In this document: positions 26,090 to 41,285 of the stretch, piece after piece
Layout: each line of letters starts with the position of its first letter
Numbering within the stretch: the first letter of the stretch is position 1
Assembly (NCBI GenBank): GCA_951406725.2
Contig: OX597816.1
Coordinates: forward strand, 19,592,001 to 19,656,000
Length of the DNA stretch: 64,000 bases
Reading direction: 5' to 3'
Source: Octopus vulgaris
Taxonomy: Eukaryota
The notes under the pieces: generated by a model
What the model was told of the DNA's origin: nothing
What the model saw: only the letters and a program-made list of their open reading frames with translations
Database searches by the model: none
Translations under genes and position numbers: made by a program

Positions 26090-26730
26090 AATCGCCAACC
26101 AAGCGTGACCTCTGAAATCTGGCTACCGGAACACATTCTTTGTCCGATTAGTATTTGCGAGAGGATTTCACCGCTCTCATCTCTAGTTTTGCGTGATATA
26201 CACGGACTAGAGCTTCTGGGTGGTTACCCGTCTTCGGTGTGTGTAAATCACCAGCTGGTGAGGAAAACTCACCCAGCTCGCACAATACTATATGCTTCTT
26301 CCAGTGACCAGAAATAAGCTATATCAAATCTCTGAGCGAGATCTGGTTCTTGATGGACGCCTCCCCCCCATCCCCCCAACCAAGTGCATCTGTGCCTGGA
26401 ACTGGGCCACATTAAAACAAATTGTCCCCAGGAACAGAGTAGGGTCCTGGAACAGATGGTTATGGAAGACCCCCCCTCCTGCTCCGGAGGGAGAGATAGA
26501 GGCAGTCGAGGAAGTAGAGACCTCCCAGGAAAAAAGGGGAAAAAAGGTGTGTAGCAATGGTGGCTCACCGAAGGACCCTAAAGCTGCGGGAGGGAGCGTT
26601 GATCCTCCGATTAAAACGAAGGAACCACCCCCTCCTGTATCAAAGACAGAAATAAAGAAGAAAAAGGATGGGACGGTGCCGGTTGTTTGCAGTACACAGC
26701 CGGCATGTCCCGAAACCTCGTGGGTGGGAA
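26090..26730 (+). pseudogene. gag/ORF1-like fragment with CCHC zinc knuckle (non-LTR element)
   Basis: LVLDGR..P..KC/xLCLELGHIKTNCPQ (Cx2Cx4Hx4C across a frameshift near 26385) followed by a Pro/Lys/Glu-rich tail; GC-rich island. Confidence 0.65.
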
Positions 26731-26811
26731 TTGTGTCAATTTCTTCGACTAACAACTTTAAGGCGGTGCTCCAGCATGGCCGCTAAAGCAAGTAAAAGAA
26801 TAAAAGAACAG

Positions 26812-26842
<31 letters not shown>

Positions 26843-27782
26843 AGTCATTTCAGTTTCGTTTTCTCTTATCGGTAAGCTTAACTATAAGTTTATCTATAAG
26901 CAAGTTTACCTACATTAAACTGATGCGTAAATAAATTTCTGTCATAGCCAGGTTCATTTTAGGAAGACTGTGCTTCCGTAACGAGTCTATATAAGGCTTA
27001 ATGTATTCTCAACGAGTATTCTGATTGTTATATGTAAGGGGTGTTGCGAGCACTTAAAAGTGAGCCTGTTGTTTCATATAGAAAGTATCTTTTCTAAATG
27101 AAAGCTTTTAAACATTTGTCAAACTCCGTTTATTATATTGGATGGCGAATGTCGACAGTGCACTCTTTCAACATACGATTTGGAGATCAGATGTTATGAA
27201 GTAATGGAAGATATTTGTGTATCAAACAGCGTAAGTACTCTGAAATCTTAGAAATTCAGTTCTGATTCAAGGTAATAAATAAATAAATAAATAAATAAAT
27301 AAATGCAAAACTAATGAAGAGGAAACTGTTATTTCTCATTCCCAAAATATCAGGGATTATTTTTACACTTATTTAAAAGGATCGCCACAAAGTCATATTT
27401 CATTATACACAACGGAGAAAAGCGGTGAGCTAGCTCAATGGTTAGCACGCCAGATGAAATATTTAAGGGCATTTCGTAAGTCCTTATGTTCAGATTACGC
27501 CGAGGTTGACTGCCTTTATACTTTCAACGGTAATAGAATAAGTGCCATTTGAGCAGTGGCTTCGATGTAATTGGCTAGCCAATTCCCCAAAATATTTCAG
27601 GCATTTTGCCTATAAGCAGAAACGAATAAACACAATACAGTAAGCAACACTTTAATGATAGGTACTATGCATGTTTATATTGTATTATGCTGTACTTTAC
27701 GTCCGCTAAAGAGTGCAATTTGTATACATCATCTCCTATCAAATTATATGTGGTGCGTATGAACTACACAAAACCTGTATAT

Positions 27783-28463
<681 letters not shown>

Positions 28464-28597
28464 TGTATGTGGTTAAGCTAGAAACGTACATGGATGCACG
28501 CAGTCCTAAATGCGCACAACCACATACATTCAGATATGCACTCATTCACCCCATTTACTAGTCGCGCTTTCTCTCTCATTCTCTCTCTTATTCTTTA

Positions 28598-28598
28598 C

Positions 28599-28629
<31 letters not shown>

Positions 28630-28740
28630 TGTATGTATGTATGTATGTTTGTATGTATGTTTGTATGTATGTATGTATGTATGTATGTGTGTATGTATGT
28701 ATATATGTATGTATGTATGTACGTATGTATGTGTGCATGT
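28598..28740. repeat. (TATG)n microsatellite
   Basis: Visible tandem repeat. Confidence 0.95.
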
Positions 28741-30094
28741 AAGTTCTGATATTTGTCTACGGAGTTTGTACGTATATGTTTGTGTCTGTGTTTTAGAAAT
28801 GTACGTAGTATCTCAAAGTCACATTCTCTCTTATTACTTCTAAAAAGGCGGGGTATTTCCCAGTTATATTTTCTTATATATAATATGTTCGATTCCAGTA
28901 CTGCATTTTAGAAAATGGACGTTAACAATTTTGCAATGAGAAAATAGGTAAAGCTTATTGAACAACATCGTTCCAGTATTCACTTGGCCATATGAAATTA
29001 TTCGATAAATTTATTTTAATAATGCATCACTTGCTTAAGTTTCCTTGAGATTCTTGTCTTGTAGATTACTACCTCTGCAAATATACTGTATATTTCTCAG
29101 AAATTTAATATTCGCTATTCAGTTTCTTGTAGGTTATTTTTCCTTTATAGAATCACTAGCACAATACAAGTATTATGGTTGCATGGTGTTATTTAACTGT
29201 CGTATACATTTTATAATGTCTTTATAAGTAAAATAAAGGCAATAGTAGATGTATTTAATAGAATATGAGCCGTAATATTTGTGTACTTCTCAAAACAATG
29301 GCTCTCAGTATTGTTTTCAAACAATGGCCTTTGCAAATTAACATGTCTAGGATAATTCAAATCTCATACAAGTAACAATTGCTCTTTAAAATACTAGATT
29401 AATCAACTGTGCATTTACATTAACAGGAATTGATACACTTCATTGAGTCACTTATACGGTATCAGCTTGTAAATGGCTATTCAATTCTCGTTTCAAGAGG
29501 AATCTTTTCATAGGAAAATATAGATGTCCATTGTGTAATAGATGCGATTCCTAATGACTTGAAGATATATTCCGCGCTACTTATGTGTCTAATATATTCA
29601 AATGATTGTAAGTTACACCAATAATTTGAACAATGGAAAAAGTTCAATGAGAGAGAAGCGCATGTGTTCTCTCATTCACACTTAAATAAAACACGATATG
29701 TCACTTTTGTTTCTTTTACTTAGATCTCTTAATGGTGCTCCTTCACATAGCGTAAGAAATAGGAAACTTCTTTCTATTTCCTTTGTGATGGATAATATTT
29801 CTATGTCAACTTTCCCCCATGTCATGCGAATTTGACTTTTTCAATTTGTAATCGAAAACCAAAAGATCTGTGTTGTCAGTACGGATTCAGCATACACTTG
29901 CTATAGAAAGAATGGAATGAAAATGATTGGCGCTGACACCTGTTCCTATTACAATGCGTATTACTACACGGCAAAATAGCAGAGCATTTGCTACATCTTA
30001 TATTCTATGATTTACGTATCCAAGTAATAATAATGTATTTTGCTAATATAATTGTGTTGCTATATTTCCCAAAGCCTGCTCTATAGCTTTAATA

Positions 30095-30484
30095 TCTCTA
30101 TATATAAAGCTGAAGTTGTCTGTGTATGGCAGGTTTGGTAGCCTTCAACTAAAACTATCTCCTCCGAGACCCTGAGGCGTAAGTTGACCAAAATCGAGAG
30201 TCTGATGGAAAAAGGCCTGCTCTTCATTCTATAAAAGACAAACTTCAAATCGGACCATGTTAACACCAAACCGTATTTAGATCAAAAAGGTGCTTTTTTT
30301 CTATGAAAATCCCCATTTTTTATGATTTTCTGAATGCTGTGTCACCATTTTTCAGTGTATTTCAACCAGTAAAATGTTCACTTAAAGAGAATAACAAGCT
30401 AAATAAAGCAAAATTTTTACTTTTCAAAAGTGTCAATTCTCAAGGGTCGAAACAAACCCGAGCAACGCCAGGCGATGCTGCTAG
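30095..30484 (+). mobile_element. Non-autonomous Helitron
   Basis: A|TCtctatatataaagctgaagttg...aacccgagcaacgccaggcgatgctgCTAG|T; termini shared with 25555-25939. Confidence 0.85.
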
Positions 30485-30994
30485 TTATTTATATATCTTT
30501 TATCTGTTTATGTATTTATTTATTTTTGCAGCTTGTGAAATTCATTATTTGTAATTTTATTGGAAATTTGATAATGACAATTTAAAATATATTTTCTTAG
30601 ACTGAAGACTTAAACATAGTGAATACCGAGATATATGAAAAATATTTGAGAGATATTCAAGTGTTTGATTCTACAAAAGTGTTGACTGACATACACACAC
30701 CGGTAAATAAAATGGTTTCTTTCCTGGCACTAAGCGTAAAATTACGAAACAGATCAAAAAGTAAGTCTAGCGAATCTTCATTAGAAGAAATAAAATGCTT
30801 GCTATCGGTAGCACGTTTCATACAAAATTCTTCGTTATTTTCAGTTAATGAGAGGTAAAAGTTAATGATTGTCAAGGAATGAACACTACGAGATATATAA
30901 CACTAAATCAGGCGAAAGAAAACAATGTCAGCATAAAAATAAACAACCTAACACTATGGCAAACACTGAATTTACTTGTATGAACAATATATAT

Positions 30995-31404
30995 TACTAT
31001 CTTGCCCACAAGGGGCTAAACATAGAGAGGACAAACAAAGACAGGCAAAGGGATTAAGTCGATTACATTGACCCTGGTGGGTAACTGGTACTTTATTTAT
31101 CGACCCCGAAAGGATGAAAGGCAAAGTCTCGGCGGAATTTGAACTCATAACGTAACGGCAGACGAAATACTTATTTCTTTACTACCCATAAAAGGCTAAA
31201 CACAGAGAGGACAAACAAGGACAGACAAACGGATTAAGTCGATTATATCGACGTAACTGCGTAACTGGCACTTATCTAATCGACCCCGAAAGGATGAAAG
31301 GCAAAGTCGACCTCGGCGGAATTTGAACTCAGAACGTAGCGGCAGACGAAATACGGCTACTCATTTCGCCCGGCATGCTAAAGTTTCTGCCTGCTCGCCG
31401 CCTT
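30995..31404 (-). mobile_element. SINE family A, dimeric
   Basis: Reverse complement of the family A structure. Confidence 0.9.
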
Positions 31405-31858
31405 TTCAATATGTAAAATATAGTTAAGAGCAAACCCTACTCAGGAGAACGAATGGAAATGTCAGCAACATTAGAACGAATCAATAATTGATTAAAATCA
31501 CATATAAATCAAACGCAACGAATTACTACTACTAAACGTTCTACGAATTAATAATGCATTATAAAGCAACGCCATAAATAACCAAGCAAATATGCAGCAG
31601 TAGAATGGTTCTTTTATTTTAATACAGAAATATTGTCATGAAACTTTTAATGAAATAAGGTTTGCTATGAACAGGAAAATACATCAAAAGCAGATCACAA
31701 TGGAGAAAGCCACAACCACAAACGACACAGACTTCAACCGATATACTTTACACGGGTAATAGTAGGTATTCATCACACTATACACAACACTGTGTATATA
31801 TTGTTTTCTGATTTTATCGCCAGCAATATCGTGGGAATGGGGTGAGTGGATTATATCT

Positions 31859-32090
31859 GTTTCTTTATTACCCACAAGGGGCTAAACATAGAGGGGACAA
31901 ACAAGGACAGACAAAGGGATTAAGTCGATTACATCGACCCCAGTGCATAACTGGTACTTAATTTATCGACTCCGAATGGATGAAAGGCACAGTCGACCTC
32001 GGCGGAATTTGAAATCAGAACGTAGCGGAAGACGAAATACCACTAAGCAAAGCACTTCGCCTGGCGTGCTAACGATTGTGCAAGCTCGCG
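31859..32090 (-). mobile_element. SINE family A
   Basis: Reverse complement of head and body. Confidence 0.85.
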
Positions 32091-32251
32091 CGTTAACATT
32101 TTACACAATTTACAAACCCAACTCTTAAAATGTATTTCAGTGACGAATTCATAACCTTTTAGCACTGCATTATCTTGGCATATATAGATGTATGCCAAGA
32201 TAAGGTATACCAAGATATATACCCAATATGGAAATGAATATAAATTTTCAT

Positions 32252-33270
32252 ATCGACTTAATCCGTTTGTCTGTCCTTGTTTGTCCTCTCTGTGTTTAGA
32301 CCCTTGTGGGTAGTAAAGAAATAGGTATTTTGTCTGCCGTTACGCTCTGAGTTCAAATTCCGCCGAGGTCGACTTTGCCTATTTCGTCTGTCTTTATGTT
32401 CTGAGTTGAAATTCTGCTGAGATCGACTTTGCCTTTCACCCTTTTGGGTTCGATAAATTAAGTACCAGTTGCATACTGACGTCGATCTAATCGACTGGGC
32501 CCCCTTCCCCCAAATTTCGGACCTTGTCCGAAGAGTAGAAAAGCATTTACTTTGAACATGTTTTCATTTCTAACAATATCCGGCATTTCAGATTCTGTGA
32601 GCAACTAGGATTATTATGGTCAGCTCGAATTCTTCTAAATGCCTCACATCCTTTCGGGGTCGATAAATTAAGTACCAGTTAGGCACTGGGGTCGATGTAA
32701 TCGACTTAATCCATGTGTCTGTCCTTGTTTGTCCCCTCTATGTTTAGCCCCTTGTGGGTAGTAAAGAAATAGCTATTTCGTCTGCCGCTATGCTCTGAAT
32801 TCATATTCCGCAGAGGTCGACTTTGCCTTTCATCCTTTCGAGGTCGATTAGATAAGTACCAGTTACACATTGGGGTCGATGTAATCAACTTAATCCCTTT
32901 GTCTGTTCTTGTTTGTTCCTTCTGTGTCTAGCTCATTGTGGGCAGTAAAGAAATCTGAAACGTTTGCACTCCGGGTGAAATGCTTGGTGATATTTCATCT
33001 GTCTTTATGTTCTGAGTTGAAATTCTAGTGAGATCGACTTTGTCTTTCACCCTTTCGGGTTCGATAAATTAAGTACCAGTTGCATACTGACGTCGATCTA
33101 ATCGACTGGGCCCCCTCTCCCAAAACTTCGCACCTTTTCCCAAGAGTAGAAAAGAATTTACTTCAAACATGTTTTCATTTGTAATGTAACAACATCCGGC
33201 ATTTCAATTTCTGTGAATAACTAGGATTATTATGGTCATCTCGAATTCTTCTAAATGCCACCATGCCTCA
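32252..33270 (+). mobile_element. Cluster of SINE A pieces within a local tandem duplication
   Basis: ~32380-32645 is repeated at ~32990-33270, including non-SINE flank. Confidence 0.8.
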
Positions 33271-34192
33271 CATATATGTAGGGCTGTCCGTCTATAAACT
33301 ATTTTCGTGTTTTCTTATAACTGCTTATAAGTTTTCATGTAGCATCAAGGAATTTTTTGCAGCGTGATCATTTATAATCTCAGCGAATTATGTAAAATTG
33401 TGTACATGACACAACATGAACAATTCAACAACTATGTTTCCACATTTGTGTAATAATTATAACAGCCACTGTACATAAATTCAAATTAAATATATATATA
33501 TAATTTTGTGAATATTATTTATAACATGGTGAATATTTTCCTGCTTTGCTTTATCTGAATCGATACATGTGGTTGATCTGGTTCTCTGATCTCATTGTAA
33601 CTGATTTTCATGGAATGTAGCAGGAAATATTGAAATTGTCACTAAAAGGATAAACATGTGTATGCGAGTATGCAATGAACTATGGTTAGTTCCATTTGAT
33701 AAATTACTAGCTAACTCGTTCAACATTTATGAATTCAATCCAATTGCTCAGATATTCCCACCATTTTGAATACATGACCGTCAAAGATATAAAATATAAA
33801 GCACAATTTATTCACATAGAAATAAATAAAAAGATCTAACTTTTTCTTTTTAGTTTCCGGCAATGTTGATATTATATTGAGTGATATAACTAATGTCAAT
33901 GATATTATTGGAAATTGTGGTTTATAGTTTATTTTTTCTATGCTCATGCTATTTATTTCTGTTGCCATAGCAATAATTGTTGTTATCATGGTCGTAATCA
34001 TTTTAGTTTTATTATTGTCGCTCCAGAGAAGAACAGTTAAGCAGGCTTAAGCACATTGTAACCTTAAACTACTCATTTTCTGTTCCCTGTTGGAGATATT
34101 CCAATTCGCTCACGCGTTTATAACTTTAAGTAAAGGCATGAATGTAACAAATTACCCAATTAATCTTTGATTGATGTTTTTCTGAAAAGAAA

Positions 34193-34196
34193 ATTA

Positions 34197-34239
<43 letters not shown>

Positions 34240-34316
34240 CATTATTATTATTATCATTATTATTATTATCATTATTATTATCATTATTATTATCATTATT
34301 ATTATCATTATTATTA

Positions 34317-34374
<58 letters not shown>

Positions 34375-34411
34375 CATTATTATTATCATTATTATTATTA
34401 TTATTATTATT
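34193..34411. repeat. (TTA/TCA)n microsatellite
   Basis: Visible tandem repeat. Confidence 0.95.
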
Positions 34412-34512
34412 TCATTTTTTTCCATTTCGTACACACACACACCTCTCTTCCTCTCTCTGTCTCTCTGCACAACCAAACACAGTTCTATCATTGTTGGATA
34501 AGCGTTGCATTT

Positions 34513-34554
<42 letters not shown>

Positions 34555-35611
34555 TGGTATATCATGTGTGTGTGTGTGTGCACGCCTGCGTGCGTATGAT
34601 ATGCCACAAACCTACGGCACTCTAGTAAAACATAAATAAAATGCTTCACGCATTCATCACTGAGAGAAGCATGCTTGGTTGCGTAGCGTGAGTGACAGTA
34701 TGCAATGACAAAATAAAGAATAAATATAGACTTATATATTTATGCATATATGCATATGTATAGGCATGCACATAATGTCTGTTGGGGATATTGTACATGT
34801 GATATGTATAGCAATAATGAACGATTTGTTTTATTTTTATTTTTCAGCTTTTTCTTGTTCCAAACGCTTGTATTAATATGGGAATTGTTTCTGTTTCCAA
34901 TCCTTACCTCCTCGCTGTAACTATTTCCAGTTGTGTGTGTTCATTTCTGACTGTGTGTTTGTGTGGTGTGTGTATGCATATATCTATATGTTTGTGTGCG
35001 TTTATGTGTGTGCGTGTATCTGTATCTCAATATCTTAGTTATATGTTATTCATTGTAGACCTTAACAAATATATTCGGACGCACAATCACAGAGTATATA
35101 ATAAATCAGTAAGCCGCAGTATATGATTAGTTTTCTTCCCTTTTAATGGCCTGCATTTGTATAGTCTTCGTCCTGCAGTTATTCAGTTATGCTACTATTA
35201 TTTCATTCTATGGATTCCGTTGTCCCAACATCAAGATTTCATAATTTCAAGTGCCCAACCACACATTATGTGATCGATTGTACCATTTACTTGTTATTAC
35301 GATCTTGCGCTTTTCGTTACTAGCTTCTGCTGACAGATCTATGATCTTAAGCCGCTCACAAAAATTCTTTGTATTAAACTTTTAGTAAATCACTCCTTAG
35401 GACTTTCATCTCTTATCGTTTTGTATTTCTGCTTTAATAACTCTTCTTAGGTGTTCTCTAATATAAATATTTGAAGCAACAACTAGCATGAGTGTTAATC
35501 CTGTTTTCAGTTAAGGCTGTAGTTTTGTTCATAATGTAGTGCCATTGTTTCACCGTGCTTCTAATATTTCTCTGTTATATTCGTTTGTATTCTTGAAAGC
35601 AAAATAAATAA

Positions 35612-35845
35612 CGGAGATGTACTTGCATAGCGAGTGACCAGATCTGAGATCGTGTGCCGAAAGAAAATCAATTGAAGCGTGTAATGAGTTTATAAACCAT
35701 TTAAAAACACATAAAAACTTTTAGATTCACTTCAACAATTAAATTTAATTTGTCAAAATATTTTCGTCGCTTGGAAACCGCTACCCGTTCACTGGCAAAA
35801 TTCTGTGTGTTTTTAAATAGCTTATAAACACCTTCCACGCTGCAA
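35612..35845. mobile_element. Penelope-like terminal repeat with partial inverted copy
   Basis: 35805-35845 is inverted relative to ~35672-35712; another copy lies on the opposite strand at 47925-48058. Confidence 0.6.
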
Positions 35846-36272
35846 AAAAATAACGTTGCTTATTATTCAAAATATATTATATTTGATTCTGTTTGCTATC
35901 CTCAAGTGAGGATATTAATTAATTTATTTGAAAATCAACGAAAGCTCTAAATACTACCATATGGTAGCAAAATTGCATATGTATCAGTTTTTTTCTTGAT
36001 CCTGCGTGTGTCTTCGTTTCGAGACTAATATATACAAATATACATATACGAGATCGCTGTTTAATCTACATTTTGTTGTTAAGAGCGTCAACATTTCTTT
36101 CAACACAAACTTTTCACCTTTTTCATGCCAAGCCATTGCATATGTATCAGTTTTTTTCTTGATCCTGCGTGTGTGTCTTCGTTTCGAGACTAAAATATAC
36201 AAATATACATATAAGAGATCACTGAATTCTACAATTTTTTTTTTCCTTCTCCCTGTTTATTTTATCTTAATC

Positions 36273-36307
36273 CTTTCTGTTGAAGAGCGTAGGCTCGAAA
36301 CGTAAAA
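36273..36307 (+). ncRNA. Hammerhead-like motif with CUGUUGA core variant, second copy
   Basis: cttt-ctgttga-agagcgtaggctc-gaaa-cgta-aaa; downstream flank similar to 18270-18355. Confidence 0.5.
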
Positions 36308-37428
36308 TACTTTTTCATTTTTCCGTGCGTCAAAATAATACATCTGCTTGTTGTTCATACACCTGTCTTCATCTTTTCTTTTTCTATAAATTTCAACTAT
36401 ATATATTTATATGTATATGCTTATATTTTCTCTTCAGGAAAATCGGGGAACACCTCTGCCTAACTGGGGAACATATACATCGAATAAACATACGTCATGT
36501 AGCATGATAAATGCAGAATAGTTCATAAATTGAACATGCACAGACACACAAGTATATATCCGCATGCGTACACGAAAATATTCATAATATCACCCTTCAT
36601 TACGCTATAATTCTGTTGCCACGTGATACATATGTCAGCGTTTGTACCATTGTATTCATGTGTATGTGTGTATTTATTTGTGTGTGTGTCTACACTAAGT
36701 AATAAGACACATTCGCAATCCAAATACGGGTTATAATTAGTCACATATATGCATTGTCGATAAAATTATCATATTGCAAATCATATTCTTTTTATCATGC
36801 ATGCTTCATTTATATTATGGAATCTATATTGAGTGATTGCTTTTATTCTTTATAGCTTTTAATATCAATGTCGGGGGGGGGGGGGTTATTGTTTATATTG
36901 TATTAGATATCTAGCACGTTAAAATTAATTTACTGTTTAAACAGTGAAATATATGGTAGTATTTGAATGCCTCTTCATCATAATCAACATCAGCATAGTC
37001 AACAGCAGCTTTATTATCTTCATGAACAACAACAGCAATAACGCAAAAAACAATCGACTACCGTTAACACTAGCCTTGAGCAAAAGGATAAAATTAATTC
37101 CATAATCGCTATCCTAACTTCATTGATAGACACAGAACAAGTGTTCTACGCGTACGTCATGACCCTTTGTTTTCGTACAGCATTCTCGATTGTATAGCTA
37201 TATACTTAAGCAGTGACCACCAAAAGTCCAGTTCTTTATTGCGATGTGGTGGCTTACGTGTCTTGGAGACTACGGAAGCTAACTGTCGTCGATATAATCG
37301 ATTTACCCCATTAAGGCGGTGTTTAGTAATGTGTAAATTAGTGACCGATAAAAAAAAACACAAGATATAAATGTATAAGGGAATAGCTAGGAAAATAACA
37401 ATATCTGCATGTAATATACACATGTTGA

Positions 37429-37905
37429 GAGGGCGGTGAGTAGGCAGCGAGGTTACCTCGCCGGGTAAAATGATTAGCGGCATGTCGTTCGTCTGTACAT
37501 TCTCAGTTCAAATTCCACCGTGGTCGACTTTTCGTTTCATCGTTGATAAAGCCCTGTCGTCGATATAATCGATTTACCCCATTAAGGCGGTGTTTAGCCC
37601 CTTGTGGGTAGTAAAGAAATAGATATGAATTCGTCACTGAACTACATTTGTTCCCGGTACAATGTAAAGTATTAAGACGGCGAGCTGGCAGAAATGTTAG
37701 CATGCCGGGCGAAATGTTTAGCCGTATTTCGTCTGCCGCTACGTTCTGAGTTCAAAATCCGCCGAGGTCGACTTTGCCTTTCATCCTTTCGGTGATCGAT
37801 TAAATAAGTACCAGTTACACACTGTGGTTTAATGTAATCGACTTAGTGCCTTTGTCTGTCGTTGTTTGTCCCCTCTATGTTTAGCCCCTTGTGGGCAATC
37901 AAGAA
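37429..37905 (+). mobile_element. Two SINE A copies
   Basis: Heads at ~37430 and ~37676. Confidence 0.85.
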
Positions 37906-39136
37906 TTAAATTGTGAACATTGTTATGTTATAAAATTGCATTGAACATACAGATTTTATAGAGAAAATCAGATACATCGTGGTACTTTTGGCGGTTAAGC
38001 GGATGAAATACACACGCTCACAGATATCTGAATGAATACACGTCTTCACACAAAATACACAGACATAGATGCATACACACATATGTGTATGTGAATTTAT
38101 TTTCAATAACTATGGTGGTAAGTTTGTAATTATTTTATAGCCTATTATATGCAGACAGATAGATAATGATCTTGCTTGTAATTTTAAGTTCAAATCCGTC
38201 TTTATTTTCTTTGATCAAAAAAAGATTTTCTTTTTTTCTGTTTACTGGAACCTATCATGAATTGAAATGGTATTTAAATGTATATGATGAATGGTGGAAG
38301 AGAAATTTATATATTCCTTCTCTTAATAACGAGGGAATCTTCAAAGAAATCTTTGTTATTTAAGATGTTGTGATTATATTAGAAGGAAGATTTTTGTAAA
38401 ATTGCTTAATCATTGTTTGGGTGATAAAATGCTACTATTAAATCTAGACGAAACAATATATTAGGAAAAATAATAGACTTAGCAAATGAATAGTAAATCA
38501 AAGTACTTTGAATTTAAATTAACAGAGAATAAATGAACGATGCAGGGTACGTATTACAGCCCATCACTATAAATAATTAGTACCTGTTTAAATGTTGTCC
38601 ACTAAACCAGAATCGGCTATTAAAACAAAACAAAAACTGAAATAAGCTTAACAAATAAATAAAACGTCTCGTTTACATTGTTATTAAATAAACTCTGAGA
38701 TAGTCAGGCGAACTTCTGTAATTAAATGATGCAAGTTTTATCCCATGTTATTTTCCATGGCATGCCGTTCACAGAGTTTGTTCAAAGAATGAGAATATAT
38801 CTTACTTCTGTTGTTAACTTTTTAGTGACAAATTAGTTGAATAGAGGCGGGAGCGGTTTATCATAGGTTGGTAGACATGCTTAGAAATGCAAACACGAAT
38901 GCAGATTTACATTTCGCAAGGATATAGTTCAACACAAAAAACACAACATACACAAACATATGCATACATATATGGGGGTGTTTGTGTGTGTGCATCTTTG
39001 TGTGTGTGTGCATCTTTGTGTGTGTGTGTGTGTGTGCATATGCGTTGTGCATTGTTGTACGTGAAACGGTTGAAAAGAGGAGTGCTTAGTATCTGTACAT
39101 AAGTATTTTTAACTGCGGCTGTGAGTTTGGGTACGT

Positions 39137-39752
<616 letters not shown>

Positions 39753-40539
39753 CTTTTATTTGTTTCAGCGATGCGGTTACGATCATGCTAGAGCTTCAAC
39801 GTAATTTTGTGCTTTTACTTATCATTGCTCATCGTCCGATTTTCTTTTTTCCGGTCGGTGGGATTTCATATCACCACTCTTGCATGTGCATTTTCTCATG
39901 GTTGTTGGTCTACTTTTGGTGTATGAGAGATTTTGACATTGCTGCACTCTAACCTAACCCTGACCCTAACCTCATGAAAAGCCATCAGTTAATCTGGTAT
40001 TGTGAAAAGGAAAATGCTTAGTTCCTTTTTGAGTACATGCACGTCCACATTGCGTAAACTCCCATATGTTTTCGCGAGTCATTGAAAAGCTGTGGGCCTT
40101 AGAAACTTAAGCTTTTGCAGTATCTTGTCCTCAATCAAGATGGAGTGGACGTACCTTTGATAAAATAAAATAACGTCCATTTCAGACCTTTCTATAACAG
40201 TCGATGCTGAAATTAGATACTAGCTCTTCTAGAATTTTTCCATATGTAGATTAGTGACATATTATAATCTGTAAATCAATCTAGAAGTACTGCAAAACAT
40301 AAATCTGCTTTTTTAGCTCCTCGTTCCCTCTAACAAAGATCATATGAGCACTTACGCCTGTGAATTTTCTCTTTCGTTATTAATTGTTCACTTATACACA
40401 CACACAATCACATTCACATATACACCCCCACATCCTTACACACAAACATGTACGCATATTTCTATCTGTTTATCTATTTACCTATCTAGCTATATATGAT
40501 TGTATGTATGTGTGTATGTATACACGTACATATAAAAAA

Positions 40540-40860
40540 ACTGGTACTTATTTCATCGACCCCGAAAGGATGAAAGGCAAAGTCGACCGCGGCGGCATTT
40601 GAACTCAAAGTAACGGCAGACTAAATACCCATTTCTTTACTACCCGCAAGGGGCTAAACACAGAGGGGACAAACAAGCACAGACAAACGGATTAAATCTA
40701 TTACATCGACACCAGTGCGTAACTGGTACTTATTTAATCGACCCCGAGAGAATGAAAGGCAAAGTCGACCTCGTCGGAATTTGAACTCACAACGTAACGA
40801 TAGACGAAATACCGCTAAGCATTTTGCCCGGCGCGCTAATGTTTCTGCTAACTTGCCACC
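40540..40860 (-). mobile_element. SINE family A
   Basis: Reverse complement of head plus about 1.5 bodies. Confidence 0.85.
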
Positions 40861-40946
40861 TCGCTACTCCAGTATATTAATTAATTTAAAAAAACTCTTC
40901 CATACACTATTCATTCTATACATTCGTACATGATACATCATATATT

Positions 40947-41285
40947 GGAAGCGCAATAGCCCTGTGGGTATGGCAGCGGACTCGCCGTTGTAGAATAGCG
41001 GTTTCGATTCCCAGACCGGTCGTTGTGAGTGTTTATTGAGTGAAACACCTCTTACCACTTTCACCACAACTTTCTCACACTCTTTCTACCTGTGTCTGTT
41101 GTACCTGTATTTCAGAGGGCCAGTCTTGTCCCACTCTGTGTCACGCTGAATCTCCCCGAGAACTACGTTAAATGTACATTTGTCTGTGGAGTGCTCAGCC
41201 ACTTGCATGTTAATTTCACGAGCATGCTGTTCCGTTGATCGGATCAAATGGGAACCTCGTCGTCGTAACCGACGGAATGCCACTC
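40947..41285 (+). mobile_element. SINE with type-C head
   Basis: ggaagcgcaatagcc...gtttcgattcccagacc head; tail ...gtcgtaaccgacggaatgcc shared with 53232. Confidence 0.8.
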
